Assembly: GCA_012295275.1 (NCBI GenBank)
Contig: CM022670.1
Coordinates: 22,134,001-22,198,000 of the forward strand
Length of the DNA stretch: 64,000 bases
Origin: Chrysomallon squamiferum
Taxonomy: Eukaryota; Animalia; Mollusca
Reading direction: 5' to 3'
The stretch's first letter is position 1. Each line of letters opens with the position of its first letter. Both the position numbers and the translations under genes were made by a program. The notes under the pieces were generated by a model. It worked only from the letters and a program-made list of their open reading frames with translations. It was not told the DNA's origin and searched no databases. Positions 1-15,300 of the stretch are shown piece by piece.

Positions 1-553
1 ATTGGAATATAGACTAGGAGTTGACATAAAAGAGATGCAATTTTTAATGCAGCATTACTCGATAGAATTAATGTACAGTGCCTAAAAATTATTTTTATTT
101 ATTACTTCAGTGATTAGATTAACCTTCCATAAGAACCTTTGATTTATTTTATGTAGATTTTGAAATATGTTTTATTGAAATAGTTTTTTTTAGAAATTCA
201 TGGACGTCTTATCAATTTAGTTTATGTCATTGTGAAATCAAGCTTAATTAGGAGAGCATGTCAGTGATAGAATTAATTATTTATAAACTCAGTTGTAAAT
301 TATAGACATTCGTTGACCAGTATTAAGTTTATACTATTTATTAATTTATATATTATGAGATATATTGGGATTATTATCTATTTCTATGTTAATAAAATTA
401 AATATCTAATAATAATGAAATTACAATGTTTGTATTACAACAGATATATTATCAATGTTTGTGTGCTCGGCTAAAAATTATTTCCTCTTCAGTAAGAATT
501 CTTTTCAGTAACTAATTCATTTTAAATTGTAATAATTGTGTTTGTTATTTCAG

Positions 554-1418
554 GCCACCCCAAAAACCACAGAGGAGACTGTGTCAGGACAAGCTCCTCA
601 AATGACAGGTGAATCTACAGCTTACACCCCTCCAAGTACAAACGCAGCCTTGGTGAGATAAACAGATTATTTTAGCCGTTACAAGTATTGGTTACTAGGG
701 TCAGAAATACCCTATTGCAGCAAATCATTAAAAACAGTATTCAGTCTGTCAAAAGCTTATGATGACGTTTTGTAAGAGACATTATTTTTTAAATTTCCAA
801 GCAAAGGGAGAATTGTGACATACATACATTATTAAAACGATGGAAAGGTGACTACAAAGCTTTTATTTATTTATTTGTTTGTTTATTTATTTATTTGTAT
901 GTTTATTATATTAACATCTTGGCAATATTAAATTGTTAGACTGATCCCAGAATAAAAACAAAACCTGTCAGCAAACAGCAGCATGTATAATATTATATTT
1001 AGTTTGATGAAAATTTAATGTGCATTGTATTATATCTGGTGTGGTGGTGTCTCAGTATGTATAGTTGTTTTAGAAACTGGCATTTTGTCAAACATTTTGT
1101 ATTTTTCTTTTTTTCAGTACTGTCAATATGTGTAAATTCTAGCTGAAAGAACTGCTGATACAACAAAATTTCAACTGCAATCCTTGACAGTAATTAAAGA
1201 TATTATTTGTTGTGATTGTGTTCAGAGTTTCATTATTATTTCAGAATACTCCAATAGGCCAGAAGCGAAGCTACAGCCATTTGCTCCCACCCCCTGAACC
1301 AAGTCCGGAGGGAGACTATGTTATAGGGCAGCACTCACAAGGAATAGGGGGCCACTATGCTACATCCTATGTCAAGCGACAGAAACTGGATAACAAGTTT
1401 TCTGATCAGTCATTTTAA
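554..1418 (+). CDS. RAVER1: 3' end (last two coding exons: 554-652, 1245-1418) of a ribonucleoprotein PTB-binding protein (RAVER1/RAVER2 orthologue); the 5' part is upstream of the window
   Basis: Exon 554-652 (ttcag|GCC...TTG|gtgaga, 33 codons, phase 0) joins tttcag|AAT at 1245, giving [57 protein letters not shown]. This closely matches, from memory, the vertebrate RAVER1 C-terminus (GQKRSF.HLLPSPEPSPEG.YVGQHSQGLGGHYA.SYLKRKR). It is probably the single invertebrate co-orthologue of RAVER1 and RAVER2. Confidence 0.9.
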
Positions 1419-3559
1419 GATAACTTCATTTGACTGAACTGCTGTTGTTAATGGCTGTCTTGTTCATGTGTCAGATGAGCAAGTAAATGTGGGTTCTTTC
1501 TGGAAGATGAATATGTTAGACACTGATTTTAAATGTGTAGGTTTTATTTGTTTGTAGCATAAATGTGATCTGTAAAATTAGGTATGGTGCATATACAGTG
1601 AGAATACTTGTTTTGTGGATAAAAAAAAGAAATGATCCTGGTTTTTTTATCATTTTATTTGATTTTATTACGTATCATCGATTCAATCAAAATATATTTA
1701 TAGAATACTCGAAATTAATGGTGCCTTTTGTGGCATGAATTGTATAGAAAATTACATCGAGAATGCTTCAAGAGCAATAATTTAATATGTATATTAAAAA
1801 TTAGCTTTTTCTATCAGAATTACTACAAGAAAGACTTTTAAAGTGACAAAAATACAGAGTGATTAATCATAGCAATCAGTTACCAGATAAGAAAATACCC
1901 TTACAGAATTAACATAAGATTCAAAGTTCAGTTAAATGGATAAGTTTAAAATGTTTATTAAACAGTACATTTTGTAAAATTTAATTATTTAAAACTATTT
2001 AGATTTATTTCACCTTAAGAAAAGACTGCATATTTTATTGTTTAGATGTTATTTATTTATTTATTTATTTTGGTGTATGGTATATGGAAAATAACTGTTT
2101 GCACATGTTTAATGATTTATTATTTTTATTTAATCAAGTTCAAAGTTCTGATTGAAGTCTATTTTGGTGTTACAAACTTTTTAAATTATTTTATATATGT
2201 ATATTATTTTTTTGTTGGTCTTTGAATAATTAAAAATCAGTGTCTGTTATTGGGAATTGAGGTTATGTTACATTTGTAAACAGTTGTTTGCTGTTTTTCA
2301 TTTTAAAACAAATAATTGGTCATTTATTTATATTATTTTTTTTTAGAAGTTAACAAATAATTCTGACATTAGCATAATATAAAAAAAAAATATTCAAACT
2401 GATATATTGTGTGTATAACTTGAGCATTTTATTTACAAGTTGCAGTTGTTTTGTGGAAACACTAATCTTTTTCATGGACTGAATTTAAATTCCATTAAGG
2501 GACCAAATACATGTATAGAATCAGTGCCATAGAAGTTGTTCTTTCACAACTGTATTCTGATGGGGAAATTTTTAGATTCAGGTATCAAACGTGTAGTTCC
2601 TAATATATTATAATTCTTCTTGGTTTTCGTGAAGTCTTTCTGAAAACAAGTTACTTTGGCACTGTGATTTATCATCATTTTACATGTGTGTTTTACATTT
2701 TACAGTCAGACATTGCTTTGTACTGATCTTTATTTCTAGTTTAACATTATTTATTGTACATTTTAATATTGATTGTTAGCATACAGTATGTTATTATTTC
2801 CCTTGTTCTATCTTTCTATGGTGTTTTAGTACCACCTTTCAAAACTTTCACTTTGTTCTTTCTTTCTTTGTTCTCAGAATAAGAATTTATTCAATTTGTT
2901 CATTTATGTATTTGTTAGAGGTGAAGACAGCAACAACAGGAAGATTAACACCATGAAAAGTATTTTACAACCCATAACTGTGTTTTAGTATTTTTAAATT
3001 AACATTGTAGTGTTATGACTATCATTTTCTTCCAAAGCACTGATCATCCATCACATGACTCGTTCTTATTCTGTATATTTTATAAAATCATTTCACAAAA
3101 GATTTATTTTATCAGTGCTTTAGGAACATGTATGTTTTATTTTTTTTTTTAAAAGGAAAAAATAAATTTTAAGTATGAATTTGGAATAGAAAGGGTTGGA
3201 TGTAACAAACAGAAGTGTATTTGGTTCATGGTTGTTGCTGTTAAATGTTTCATTAGCATTAAAGTTCAACAAATACATTCCTTTATCTTTTCTTTGCTAT
3301 AATTACATGTGAATTATCTTCAGCTAGTCTTAACATATCTTACAAGATGCCTCCAATACATTTATTTATGTCCTGTTGTTGGTGTTACTGTAATATAATA
3401 TTATATTTAATAAACAAATTTGAGAATTTGTAATGGTTTGCGATTTAACAGTTATCTTAGTTCTGCTTTAATCAAATTACAAAATATTTTCTTAAATTTT
3501 ATTTACAAATTCATTGCTACTAAACTATTCAACTAAAATCCTGTGATTACTGGATAGAT

Positions 3560-3694
3560 CAGTGGTTCTCAAAAAGTTTTGGGATACTGCATCGTTGATT
3601 CCCTAATATCATCTCCATCTCCACATGTTCATTTTCATTTTTATTTACAGTGCACATTTAACAAAAAGATAGTTTGTTGTCCATAGAACCACAG
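3560..3694. mobile_element. Degenerate ~135-bp hAT (Charlie-type) MITE remnant
   Basis: Starts CAGTGGTTCTC (3560) and ends AGAACCACAG (3685-3694), a 9/10 inverted match resembling hAT-Charlie TIRs. The flanking 8-mers (ggatagat / ctacagat) match only partly. Confidence 0.35.
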
Positions 3695-6326
3695 CTACAG
3701 ATGATTGTACATTTGATATACCATAAAAATTGTATTAAATTTATTAAAATTACTGAATTCATCAGAAAACATTTAAAATTTGGTTTAGTTTCACTTAGTT
3801 ACTTTTACCTTCCTTTTGCAATAGTTATAAAAATATAGTTTTTAATATTCAAAAGTAATTTTTAAAAACGAACGATTACAGAGTAGATGCTAAATTTTAA
3901 ATGTGGCATTTTTTCATACATACATGACTGATCATCCATATGCCTAACAAGGTAACTGAAAGTTTAAAACCAAATAAACAAAAAAATAGAAGAACAATCA
4001 TTATTATAATTTACTGAGTTGACTAACTTTTTATAATTAGTGTTATAATATTACTTAACATGCAGATACTGTCAACAATAAATCATAAATCAGTTTTCTG
4101 GATCTCAAAAATTAAAACAAACTAGGCAAGTAAAATGGTTTATTAAATTAATACGATATTTTGGAGAAATTTGCATTAAAAACCTGATGTCAGTATTAAT
4201 AAAATAACTTGGAAGTTGCATTAAAATCTGAATTATATTGCCAGCAATGTACTTAAAATAATTTTCTGTATCCAGAAATTGGAAATTAAAATTTTAAAAT
4301 CTCTTCTATTAATAAAATCTTGTCTTTTAACTGAAATTATTGATTAAGTTAGAGTATCTGTTTTAAGAATTACCAGGATTTGTTCATAAATTAAGTTTCT
4401 TTTTTTATTGACAAATGTAAGTGTTGGTAACCATTTAATTTCATTCTAGTAGAAATACATACTTTTAAAATTTAAAATAATTTGCTACGACTAAATAAAA
4501 TTACAAAAAATAAGTAATAATTTTTAAAATGTATTGTCTTCATAAAAACACATTAGATACTATGAATAAAGTTTACAATAACAATGAACAGAAACTAAAT
4601 AGAAAACAATATTATGATATATCTTAAAAAAGTCAAAATGATTGTGTGAATCATGTATATAGTTTTAAGATGTATTGGAACATTAGGATTCGATAAAGAT
4701 TATGTATTTAAATGTCACTTATACAAACCTCTTCCACATAATGAAAAATAATATATGTAGTAATACATTCTTCAGAATCTTCCACATTAAACAGACTGTT
4801 TCCCCAATCTTCCATAAAGTTGACATGTAAATTTATCTTTAAAATGAGTGGTCAAAATTAAAGATAGATGGGATCTGTAATCCTTTAACATCTGACTTCT
4901 GAAGAAAATGCTGCTATGAACAAAATTTGTCAATCTTTTTTTTTTCTTTTTTCTGATATATGATGACCTTACTTAAAGTTTTCAGAAGGAAGATTTTCAA
5001 GCATGAAAACAGAAGAGAGAAAAAACTACAATCTATAGATGTTTTACAAACATTTGTTTATTCTGACAGTCAAAGAATTAAAAAAAAAATTAATGAAGAA
5101 CCTTGGGAAAAACATATCCAGTAATAATAACAATGTTATTAGTTAATTCTATTATACTATTGTCAAAAAAGATAAATGATGGTTCTTGAAGAACTGAATA
5201 AGAATATTCTATTGAAATTATAAAATTCTAAATCATAAGTGAAAGAAGCCAAAAAAAAAAAAAAATGTATTAATGACACAGAACACATTTTTAACCTACA
5301 TCCATACAAATGAAGAAGGAAATGTGCTGCCAACCCCAAACTGTTTTTTAAAAAGCTACAGTAAGGGACTGTTTACATTGATCTTGACTCGGAGAGTGGC
5401 AAAGTCTCCAAAGCCTTTGAAAAATTGGCCATGTAGCTTTGGCTGAGACAAGAAATGGCCCAGAAAGAAAGAGTTTTGATTCTGTTGGCCATTATACTTC
5501 AGCTCTAACTACACCTCAGTATGCAGAGCAGAACTCAGTGTTTTACATCATCAACCTCTTCACAAAATCCTTCATTTCATCAACCCAGTAATAAATTTCA
5601 CTATTTAAAGGTAATAATTTCTTCATCCTTTTCCTTCATTACTCACTGTTAGCATGATTCATCTCACCTTCGTGTTTGGTTGTTTCCTTCTCGGTCCTAT
5701 TTACCTGTTTTACCCCTAGACATTTACTGACCTCTTGGATAATGCCCACCACCATTTTGTTGACTTCTGATGTAAAGTGTTAATGGTACAAGCAAAAATG
5801 AACCTGTTACATTCACATTACAATCATTTACCGACTGCTTTTTCTTACAAACTTTTTAAACAAAAATTTAAATACATATACCCTATCCACAAAAGCATAA
5901 AACTTATTTGTCTGAATTAAAGTGCATCCATTATTTTAAGGTAGTTTATATTTTTTAAAACTTGAAACTAAATATTTGTTGTTCTTTGAACTGTCAGTGC
6001 ACAATCTAGCCTGCTGAATTCAACTTGGAGCATTGTCCAGTTTACACTGTCAGCAAATCAAATGAAACAGTTGCATTCTTTTTCTAAATATCTATTCCAT
6101 TTCAATTCTTTTTTAATTAAACAAACAGTTATTTCTAATAAGAAAAATTATATACTTGTTGAATAAGTAACATACTAAACAAACATACCACATAGGAACA
6201 ATAATTGTTCAGTTTTAATCATTGCACTTGCTAAATATATTTAAAGCTATATACTTTAATATGGATAGAAATGTATGCTTGTTTTATTGGGGGAGGTTTG
6301 TTTAATTATTATTAAGTCTTGGAATC

Positions 6327-9300
6327 CTAAATATGAATAGTTTTGTAACGGTGAGTGGATTCTGTTCCGCTGGTTGTTTCTTCATCCTAAAAATGTACAA
6401 CAATGGTTATCAAATTGTCTTGTTGTAAATAACATTTCAGTAAGTTGTAAATAACATTTCAGTAAAATGTAAAATTAATTTTAAATTTTACTTTGGTGAT
6501 TTGAATAAATGGTCTAAAAACACATATAATTACAATATTGCATATATAATATTTTGATAAATTGCATATTTTGATTACTTCTGGTGTCAGGAAAAAAGAA
6601 AGAAATCAAGGCTATTTGATTAAGAAGCAATTATCCATTTTCAAAATTTGTATTGGTAACAGTTATTAGTAGAATTTCTTTAGGAGCATAAATATTTAAA
6701 TGATTAATAAGAGGCCACATATGACAGTATAATTACACGTGAATTTTATTTCACATATTTTTGCTTGAAGAATTTTACTCTATAATGCAGAAGGTCTTTC
6801 CTTTATTATGTATTTATTTATTTACTTGTTTATTTTTTTTAAATTATTATTTTCTCAATAAAGTAGCTACAATAATTCTTTGACTATATATTATGATACT
6901 GGTATCTAAAAAGATAATGCATATGCAGTGACCTTACATTATAATAGCATTAGTTGCAGTCTGCAAATAAAGTCTAATAAATGTGGTTTTTTATCTTGTA
7001 TTTTATAAATAACTTGTTTTAGCACATAATTTGAAAACAAGATAACTGTCTTTTGCACAAATTGCCTTGAAATATTTTTCTTAATCATACAATTTATGAA
7101 ATGTAATAGATTTTTCTGACAGCACTAAAAGGAATTTCTACAGCCAGTCTTCAAATTACTGATGACATCTTGAGTACAGAAAAATTATAGTCCCTGCATA
7201 TTTTGTAACAGTACTATTTTATTAATATTAATTGTTGATAGGAAAAGAAAAACTGAAAACAGTTAGCTACTGAAATTTTGTCCGTGGACAATCTATCGTG
7301 TGGACATACTGACCACCTTGATGGACATTACAAGGGAATCCTATAAAACAGAAAATAAATGCTGAAATATTGGTATGACATTTCATTACCACGTTATACT
7401 TTGATAGTTTTGTTATTTTTCTGTGTTGTACAAATCTGTGGATTATTTTTCTTATTTACCTTTGGTTTCCTTTCTTCCTTGAAGCTCCTCTTTAAAGAAG
7501 AGGTAAAACTTTTTGTATCTGATGTAGTGGGTTTCAAAGATCTGCTGTCTGATTTAAGACTTCTGTCCTAAACAGTAAAACAAAAAATATTACTAAAAAA
7601 AAATATTTTAAACATAATTCAAATTCATCTAAAAAGTGATTTATGTAAAACATCATAATATAATTATAGGATAATTATAGGATTTACTGTTATGTTTTAT
7701 TTCAGACTGCTCTGTAATCAGATGTATATTTATATATATTTTGTCTAGAATGGTGTTTCACAAACTTTTCATTACCAAGGACCCAGTTTATTTAAATGAT
7801 TTTTCCCAGTAAAGTATCATTATCTTTATCATTGTTATTCTGAATATTTATATAATACACACAGGAGCAAATTGAAATTTTGAACTTGGGTACACATGGC
7901 CTACAAAACACCAAAAGTTTCTGTTTGAGGAAATTGGTACATGATTAAATATTACAAAGTTGTAACTTTATAAGCTATGTCATGACTTTGGTAATAGCAG
8001 AAAAAAAACCCCAAAACTTTGCTGCAAAACGTAATATGACATATAACATACCTTAGTATGTTCTGTCACAGGACTGGATTTTTTTTTTGGAGACCTTGCA
8101 TCACTAGATCTTCCAGAACCCTTGAAAATTAATTGAAATTATTGAAGTTAATTAAACACTAATTTTAAAAAATCAAGTACAAATTTTCACTGACTTTTTC
8201 AACAATTTTGTAAATATTGATGAAATGGTGATTAAAGTTAACAGCATTGCAGGTTGTACAACTATCTGACATTTGCTTGAAGTTTATTTGACAGAGAATG
8301 GCAACTGCAACATACATTTGTAATAATGTTATTATTCCTCATGCTTAATATGTGTCAGAGGAGTCAATATTACACTAAAATGTGGCTTTAGGAAAATAAA
8401 AAGGTAAGGATTCTGCTCTGTGGTTGAATAGCTGCAGTAAGTAGCAACATATCTGCAAGAGCTACTTTGTTATCTAGTGGCTACAAGTGTGCTGCACATT
8501 CCAGATGCATGTTCATGATGTCCTTAACTTACTGAGATCAGAATTCTGAAATATTGTTATCTTATAGAGCCATATCAAAAAGAAACTTGGTTTACGGACT
8601 TTGCTAGACACTGGAATTAATTCATTTATATCTAATAAGTCGAAATAAATTGATCTGAAACAATTTCATATGCAATAACTCAAAATAATTATATACACGA
8701 ATGCAGACATGTTCTGATGAACTGCTATTTATTTTCTGACTGCTTGTTCTGTAATTATTTTGTAATGCTAACTTTTATATTTATGTTCTAAATCATAGTT
8801 AGTTAAATTGTATATGAAAAAACCAAACAAATCACACATTAAGAGGCACATCAAAGATTTAATGCTATTCAATGAGTAAAGACTAAAACACTCTGTGTTT
8901 GTAAAATCAAGAGAATTTACTTTTAACAATTTGTTTAAATATAACAATGCATGTTTTTGTGTATTTTTAAATCTTGTAGAAAAAAAAAAGAAGAAAAAAG
9001 AAAAAGGTTTTTTAAATTACCGTTTGTTCGGACAGTTCAGTAAATGTTTGATCTACGGTTGGATGTTGCTTCAAAACAAGAAGAATAACATTTATTCGAT
9101 TTTTTTTAAATGTATTATTATTTTTATTATTATTATTTTACATGCTGTTAACTTGAACAGTTCTTGTAAACAAATAAATAAAAAATGTATATATTCTACA
9201 ATTTAAATACGTTTATAGTATTATTATAGTGATCTGGAACAGACATAATTAGTGTCTCTTATTATTATTAATAATAATTTATTTATTTATTTTTAATTTA

Positions 9301-12300
9301 ATGGAAAATAAGATATTAACATGATGGTGGAATTAAATTTCTGGAGATAACAATTTCCCTGAATTTTGGGGGGTTATTTTTCAATGTAATATGTACCTGT
9401 TGTCAATATCCAATCCCTTTAATATGTTTTAGATTATTGCCTAATCTAAAAACAATTTATGCTAAAACCATAACCCTTTCCTTTTTCTGTCATTTTACAC
9501 AGAAAGATGAAGTATAACATTCACTGATTAATATTATTATGACAGTTTATTCAGACTAAAGTTGTTCTTGATTTTTAACATTTGTTTGCCATAATAAAAG
9601 ATAAATGTTATCCTATATGCTTCCTTAGGCATTTCTAGTTTGATTTCTATACTTTATCAGTACTGAAAACTGATTTAAATAAAACAATAATTTGCAAAAA
9701 TACAAAAGTTCTTAAAGCATTTTAAATGCAACATATAACAGGACTTTGATAAACACTACTACTTTACCTCACCGGTTGAAACTTCAAGTTTGATAAAAAC
9801 CATAGAAATGATCCATGAAACTGCAAATGCAACTATTAACCCGTAGCATACTAAATCCAGAGTTCCCCTGTGGCCTGTACGAGCGTTATGAAGAGCTGAG
9901 GACTGCACCATAATTACACTCAATGTTGACAAAATCTGCAAATATATCATTATAAAAATATTTAAAAATAATAACAGTAAAAAAATATATAAATAAATAA
10001 ATAAAGTTTATGTTTTTATAATGGGTCTATTCTTAGATTGTAAATATTAGATCATTAAATAGTTTATCTGTATAAAAACATTTTTTTTTTTTTCTTTTTT
10101 AAATAAAATTTGTAACATAAATTAAATAAACATATCTATACTAGTGACACTTAAAAAGAAAACTGAAATTTCAGATTTCAAATAAGTGATTACAGAATTT
10201 ATAAGTTTAACCCTCATTTTAAAAACCAATACATTTTATATGACCAAACACTTCAATCTGTTTTCTAATATGGAAATTTAACAATAAAGTTCTTTTCTGA
10301 AAAATGTCTCCAAATATGTAAATATCATTGTTTTTTTTTGTTTTTTTTTTTTTAATATGGCAACACTGTTGAACGTGTTAAATAATAATCATTAGTTTAA
10401 ATAAAAAGATGGAAATATAATTAACTTTATCAGAAATAAATAAAAATAAAACAAAGAATGTCAGGTATTTGTATTTAATTAATAGTGTGTTTGAAGACAA
10501 ACCTCAAGAACAAAATTGTTATTAACAAGTGGGTGTATCCTCACCCAATGACAGTTCCTGAAAATAAGTAAATAAATTAAACAATTTTTATACATTACCT
10601 ATTATTAAAAAAGAAAAATTATTTATTATTTATTTTACTGTGCCTGTATTAATTAAAATTCTCAAAAATGTGTAACAAAATACTCTATTATTGGATATAA
10701 ACTGAATATTTATACAAAGTAAGGCACATTTTAAAATTAACAATTGAAAATTATGTTAAATTAAACATAATGTATAACATTTTCTGCTGACTGATTGGTA
10801 AATGCTAATGTTATTTTCTGGTTTTACTTTGAATTAAGATCTCTTTGTTTATTTATAAATAACACCAAATATGTGGATAAATATATTTAGTGAATAAAAA
10901 ATGGCTAAAATCTAAATGTATGTGTATATATGTGTGAGTGTGTGTATGTGTGATCAAAAAAATATATATATATATTTTATTATATTTAACTTACTTGTAT
11001 GGTCTTGTGGCAATTAAAGCCAAGACATAGATGAGTGATATAACAAGCAGACTATAAGCCTGTACAAATGGACTGAAGAGAATATCAAGTTAATTTTATA
11101 AATATAAGAATACACAAGATGCAAACAAATTGATGGGGTTTTTTAGGGGTTTTTTTTTTGCTTCATTTATATCAACAACAAAACAAAAAAAGCACCAAAA
11201 ACTCCCCCACTAAAACCCCCCAAAAAAAACAACAACAACAAATAACAACACAAAAAAAAAACAGCATCAGTTTAAAATCAGACACAAATATTATTAATGG
11301 TCTGTAAAGCTTAATCTGTTCCTTTATGGTAAAACAAACTAAAGAAAACAAAATAATAAAATAATATTTATGTTTACTGGACAAAATGTTTTAATTTTTT
11401 GACTGATCAATAAATATGAAAAATAAAATCTAAGAAACAAAATGCTTACTCAGTTAGAAGTGTATCAGTAACAATAATACTGATAATCTTACGAAGAAGA
11501 ATTAAAACGTCCCAAAAACAGAAATTGTTGTTATAGGAATCATAGATATATCTGAATGGAAAGAGAATAAATAAGTATCACTTGGGTGAAAAAATTACAT
11601 TTAGTATTATTGTTTCTTTATTTGAAAAACTCCCAAAACACATGAAAATACTTAAACCATTTCTGCATTAAAAATTTGGGAAAGATAAAGATTTTAATAA
11701 CATGACAGCAAATGTTTCAGTATTTGTAACTGATAGACAGCACCTACCCATACTTCAATGAATCTTTTTCCAGAAGATCCCATTTATGCTCTCTTAATGT
11801 GAAAAACAATAATCCCAGTGGAAATGGTACAAGAAACATCAAAGTAAATATTGCCAAAATAAACTGCAATGTCTAAAAACAGAAATTAAAATTAAACATT
11901 ATATTATACTTTTAACACTTTTTTTACAACTAAATCATTTCATAACAAATTATATAGGGAATAAAGTAAATTCAATGATAATTTTGTAAGACTAGACCCA
12001 GATTTATTATTATTATTATTTAATTGTTACTTTGTTCTTAAAAACCATCATCACTGAGCAACCCTAATGTCCCATTGTTGGGCAAAAGACACAGCATGTT
12101 GTTTTAACATTTTCCTGTATCCCTCTTTTCTAGTCTTCTCAATAATAGTTTCATGGTAAATATATTGAGATCTTTCTTATTTTTCTTCTTATAATATCAC
12201 AGACTTTCTGTTCTCTTCTCTCCTACCAATTCTCTAGAGTTTGTTTCTTCCCCTGTCTGCACACTGAAATCTACTATTACTGAGTAGTGAGAGAGTTTCT

Positions 12301-15300
12301 CCCATAATAGATTCATGTCACATCTATTTCTTCTTCTGAGTTTGGGTTTGGTTGAATTATCATCAGTTTGTAGTGTGCTTTCTTACTGGTAGGGTCAGTT
12401 CACTTCTTAGTAGTATTCTGACACTGCATGTTACTGTCATTAGTATGTTAAAAAAGTTCCCTTTATGTTTTTTGGCAGCTCATTTTGATCCAGATATTCT
12501 GAGCACTCCATGTCATAAAAATGTTCAAAGCTGCTAGGAACTTTGGGGCCTTGGCTTTGTAATTCTTGCCTAGCTTTCCAAACTAGACTGTGAAGCTAGG
12601 AAGGGATTAATATAAAACTATTTTATTAGCCAAACAACACATCAGTCAGAACAGGTTCAGTCAAAAAGAACCCCTCAGTTTTGATAAATTTTTAGATGTT
12701 GGTATTAAAAATTGAATAAACAAACACAAATAAGCTCACCTGAAACATAAAATCTTCACAATCCACAGATAGGTCGTACAAAAAGCAAGTATTTAACACT
12801 GTATCTTGTGATGCCAAAGCCTGGAAAATAATTAGGATTCTAATTCATCTCTTTTAATATTAAACATTATTTAATTTGTGCTTAGATCAGTAACAAAATA
12901 AAGTTGGTAAGATGACTGTAATGCTGTCATAAAATAATATTACAAAATATTTATGGCTTTAATAACACTGCAGTAAAAGTGTATTTCCTAAAGCCATTCT
13001 TTTACATCACAAAGCACTGTAGGAGATTATTACATTTATTACAACCATTTATGTGCACACACACACATACATACACACACATATACACATATCTACTGAA
13101 AATTTACTTACAAAGTAATATACACTGTAGGTAATATATTAAATGTCTAATAAACTTATTGATCAGGAAATCAAAATTTCAACTGAAAACCTTTCCAAAG
13201 TATTCTGTGCATGAGAAGCTGTGTGCAGCTGCTATACACAGAGGCATGTAGTAAGAGATGAGAATGAAGTAGACCACATGTCCAATTCTTGATCCTTTCT
13301 GACTGGCCTCAAGTTTCACTGAATCAAGACCCAGTTCCTGAGTTATTGTTTTCTGAAGAAACAAATATGAGGTAAGTGGAAAATTTTGTCAATAATTAAT
13401 TATTAAAATAATTTAATTTATAAAAAAAAAAAAAAAAAAAGTATATTAATACATTTTGCTTGTAACATTAATATGAACTAACATTAAATGTAAATAAAAA
13501 GTACATTATAGTGTATGCTCCTTAATAAGTGTTAATTTAAATGCTAACATTTTTTTATTTTTATTTTACAGAGATATTTATAAAAAAAAAATAATTATAA
13601 AAAGATTTATATAGATTTTCAAAAGAAATAAAAAAAAATAATAATAAAAATTAAAATGAGAAAACATGTAATATAAATATATTTTTATCATTTCTAAGTT
13701 GGAATAAATTTAAAATTTTGTTATTTTAGAAAATCTTTTTGGCCTACCTTTTGAAAATTCAAACATATCCCTAAAATTAATGCTGTTGTTGGAATAAGAA
13801 TTGTTGTAAACCATTCAAGATAATGATGATATATACTCCCACTAAGAGTGCAATCTGTCAAATAACAAAATCTGTTTTATTTTGTAAATTGAAAAAAAAA
13901 ATAAAAAAAAGTCCTAATCTATTTGATAATAGGCTGTCTAAGAATCAACATAATGTATACATACATACTGCATCATAACAAAGACATACAGATGAAAATG
14001 TATTAATGGTGTAATTTTACCCTAATAAAATACTTTCAAATTAAGTAATAACTATTCATTTTAGAACATATTAACTATGTATTTAATTTTTATTATTATT
14101 CTTTTTTTTTTAATGTGCTCCTCTGATCTGTTCAGCATTGTTTATGCAGATTACAATGACCTGCACATCTATGAATTTGGACTCTCCAACATATGAACCA
14201 TGTTTCACCATACATACTGTACTGCTATGTTTTTTTTATTACTTGTGAATATTGTTCTATAGCTATATTAATTTCATCCATTTACAACAATCAGTGGATT
14301 AATTTTAACACATAATTTGTGCCCAACATGAGATTACCTAAACTGAACATATCGGTGTTGAAGGTACCCAGCTTTGAAATTTCACCCACAAAAACAAGGG
14401 CTTCTGACCAATGAACTTTAATATGGAAAGACAGGAGGATAAACTGAATAAAATCCATCATAATCTTGAACTGAAACACAGATTTGAAAGCATACTGTAT
14501 TTAAAATAATGTGCATTTGTATTAAAATGGAGGTTAATAGATAACAAGTTAGACTATTAAAATAATAATTAAAAAAAAAAGTAATTAAAAGAATTAAAAT
14601 TTTTATTATTGGTAAAACCAAAATAAAACAAACACCAATACAATTTTTTTTTAACATTAAAAAGAAATACATTTTTTTTTTTTATATTATCCAATTTATA
14701 TATTAATTTGAAAACAATACACTTAAAAACTGTCTTTTTTTTCCATAGATAATACTTCATCTGACTGAAATAACCGTTTTCAGCCCAGTAATTTAATATA
14801 GTAATAATGCAGTATTTTTATTTATCATGCTAATCTGTTTTCATGAAAACTGAAGTCCAAAACTATTGTTTTTTGTTTCATCAAAGTGAAGTTCATGTTA
14901 TGATGACTTGGATTCAGCTCACAGAAATGTTGTCTTCACATATGGAGCTCTTCCTCCATTTGTTTTTAATGTCTTCTCCAACATCATGATCATACAAGAA
15001 AAGTACAGTTGCAAACTAAAAACTGTTAATATGCACGGAGGTGTCATTAAACATTTATTTATTCATTCAATTTACCTTTGTATATATAGATCTGATGAAA
15101 CTGTTATAAAACAAAGTTGAACCTATCATTACTCCAAAGATTAAAAATCCAGTTAATGACCAGGGAAATATAGGACATTTTGAGCAGAAGTTTCCAACAA
15201 GATGATGATCTGAAATAAGAGCAGCAGGATTTAAACATTTTACAATTCTGATTTTTTATATCTAAGTTATTCGATACAGATATCATTAATGCAGTAATGA

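Noticed and set aside
5400-5800. GC-richer block as an alternative last exon or separate gene
   Set aside because: Early stops from the candidate acceptors and no recognisable protein; probably UTR or an old repeat.
8533-8654. Minus-strand cag...gtaagt bounded segment in the TM gene intron
   Set aside because: It has a stop in the required phase 0, and its only open frame is phase-incompatible with its neighbours.
14418-14672. ORF ending VQDYDGFYSVYPPVFPY
   Set aside because: Off-frame reading of TM-gene exon 14470-14338. Exon 15209-15076 sets phase 0 and gives FKIMMDFIQ..
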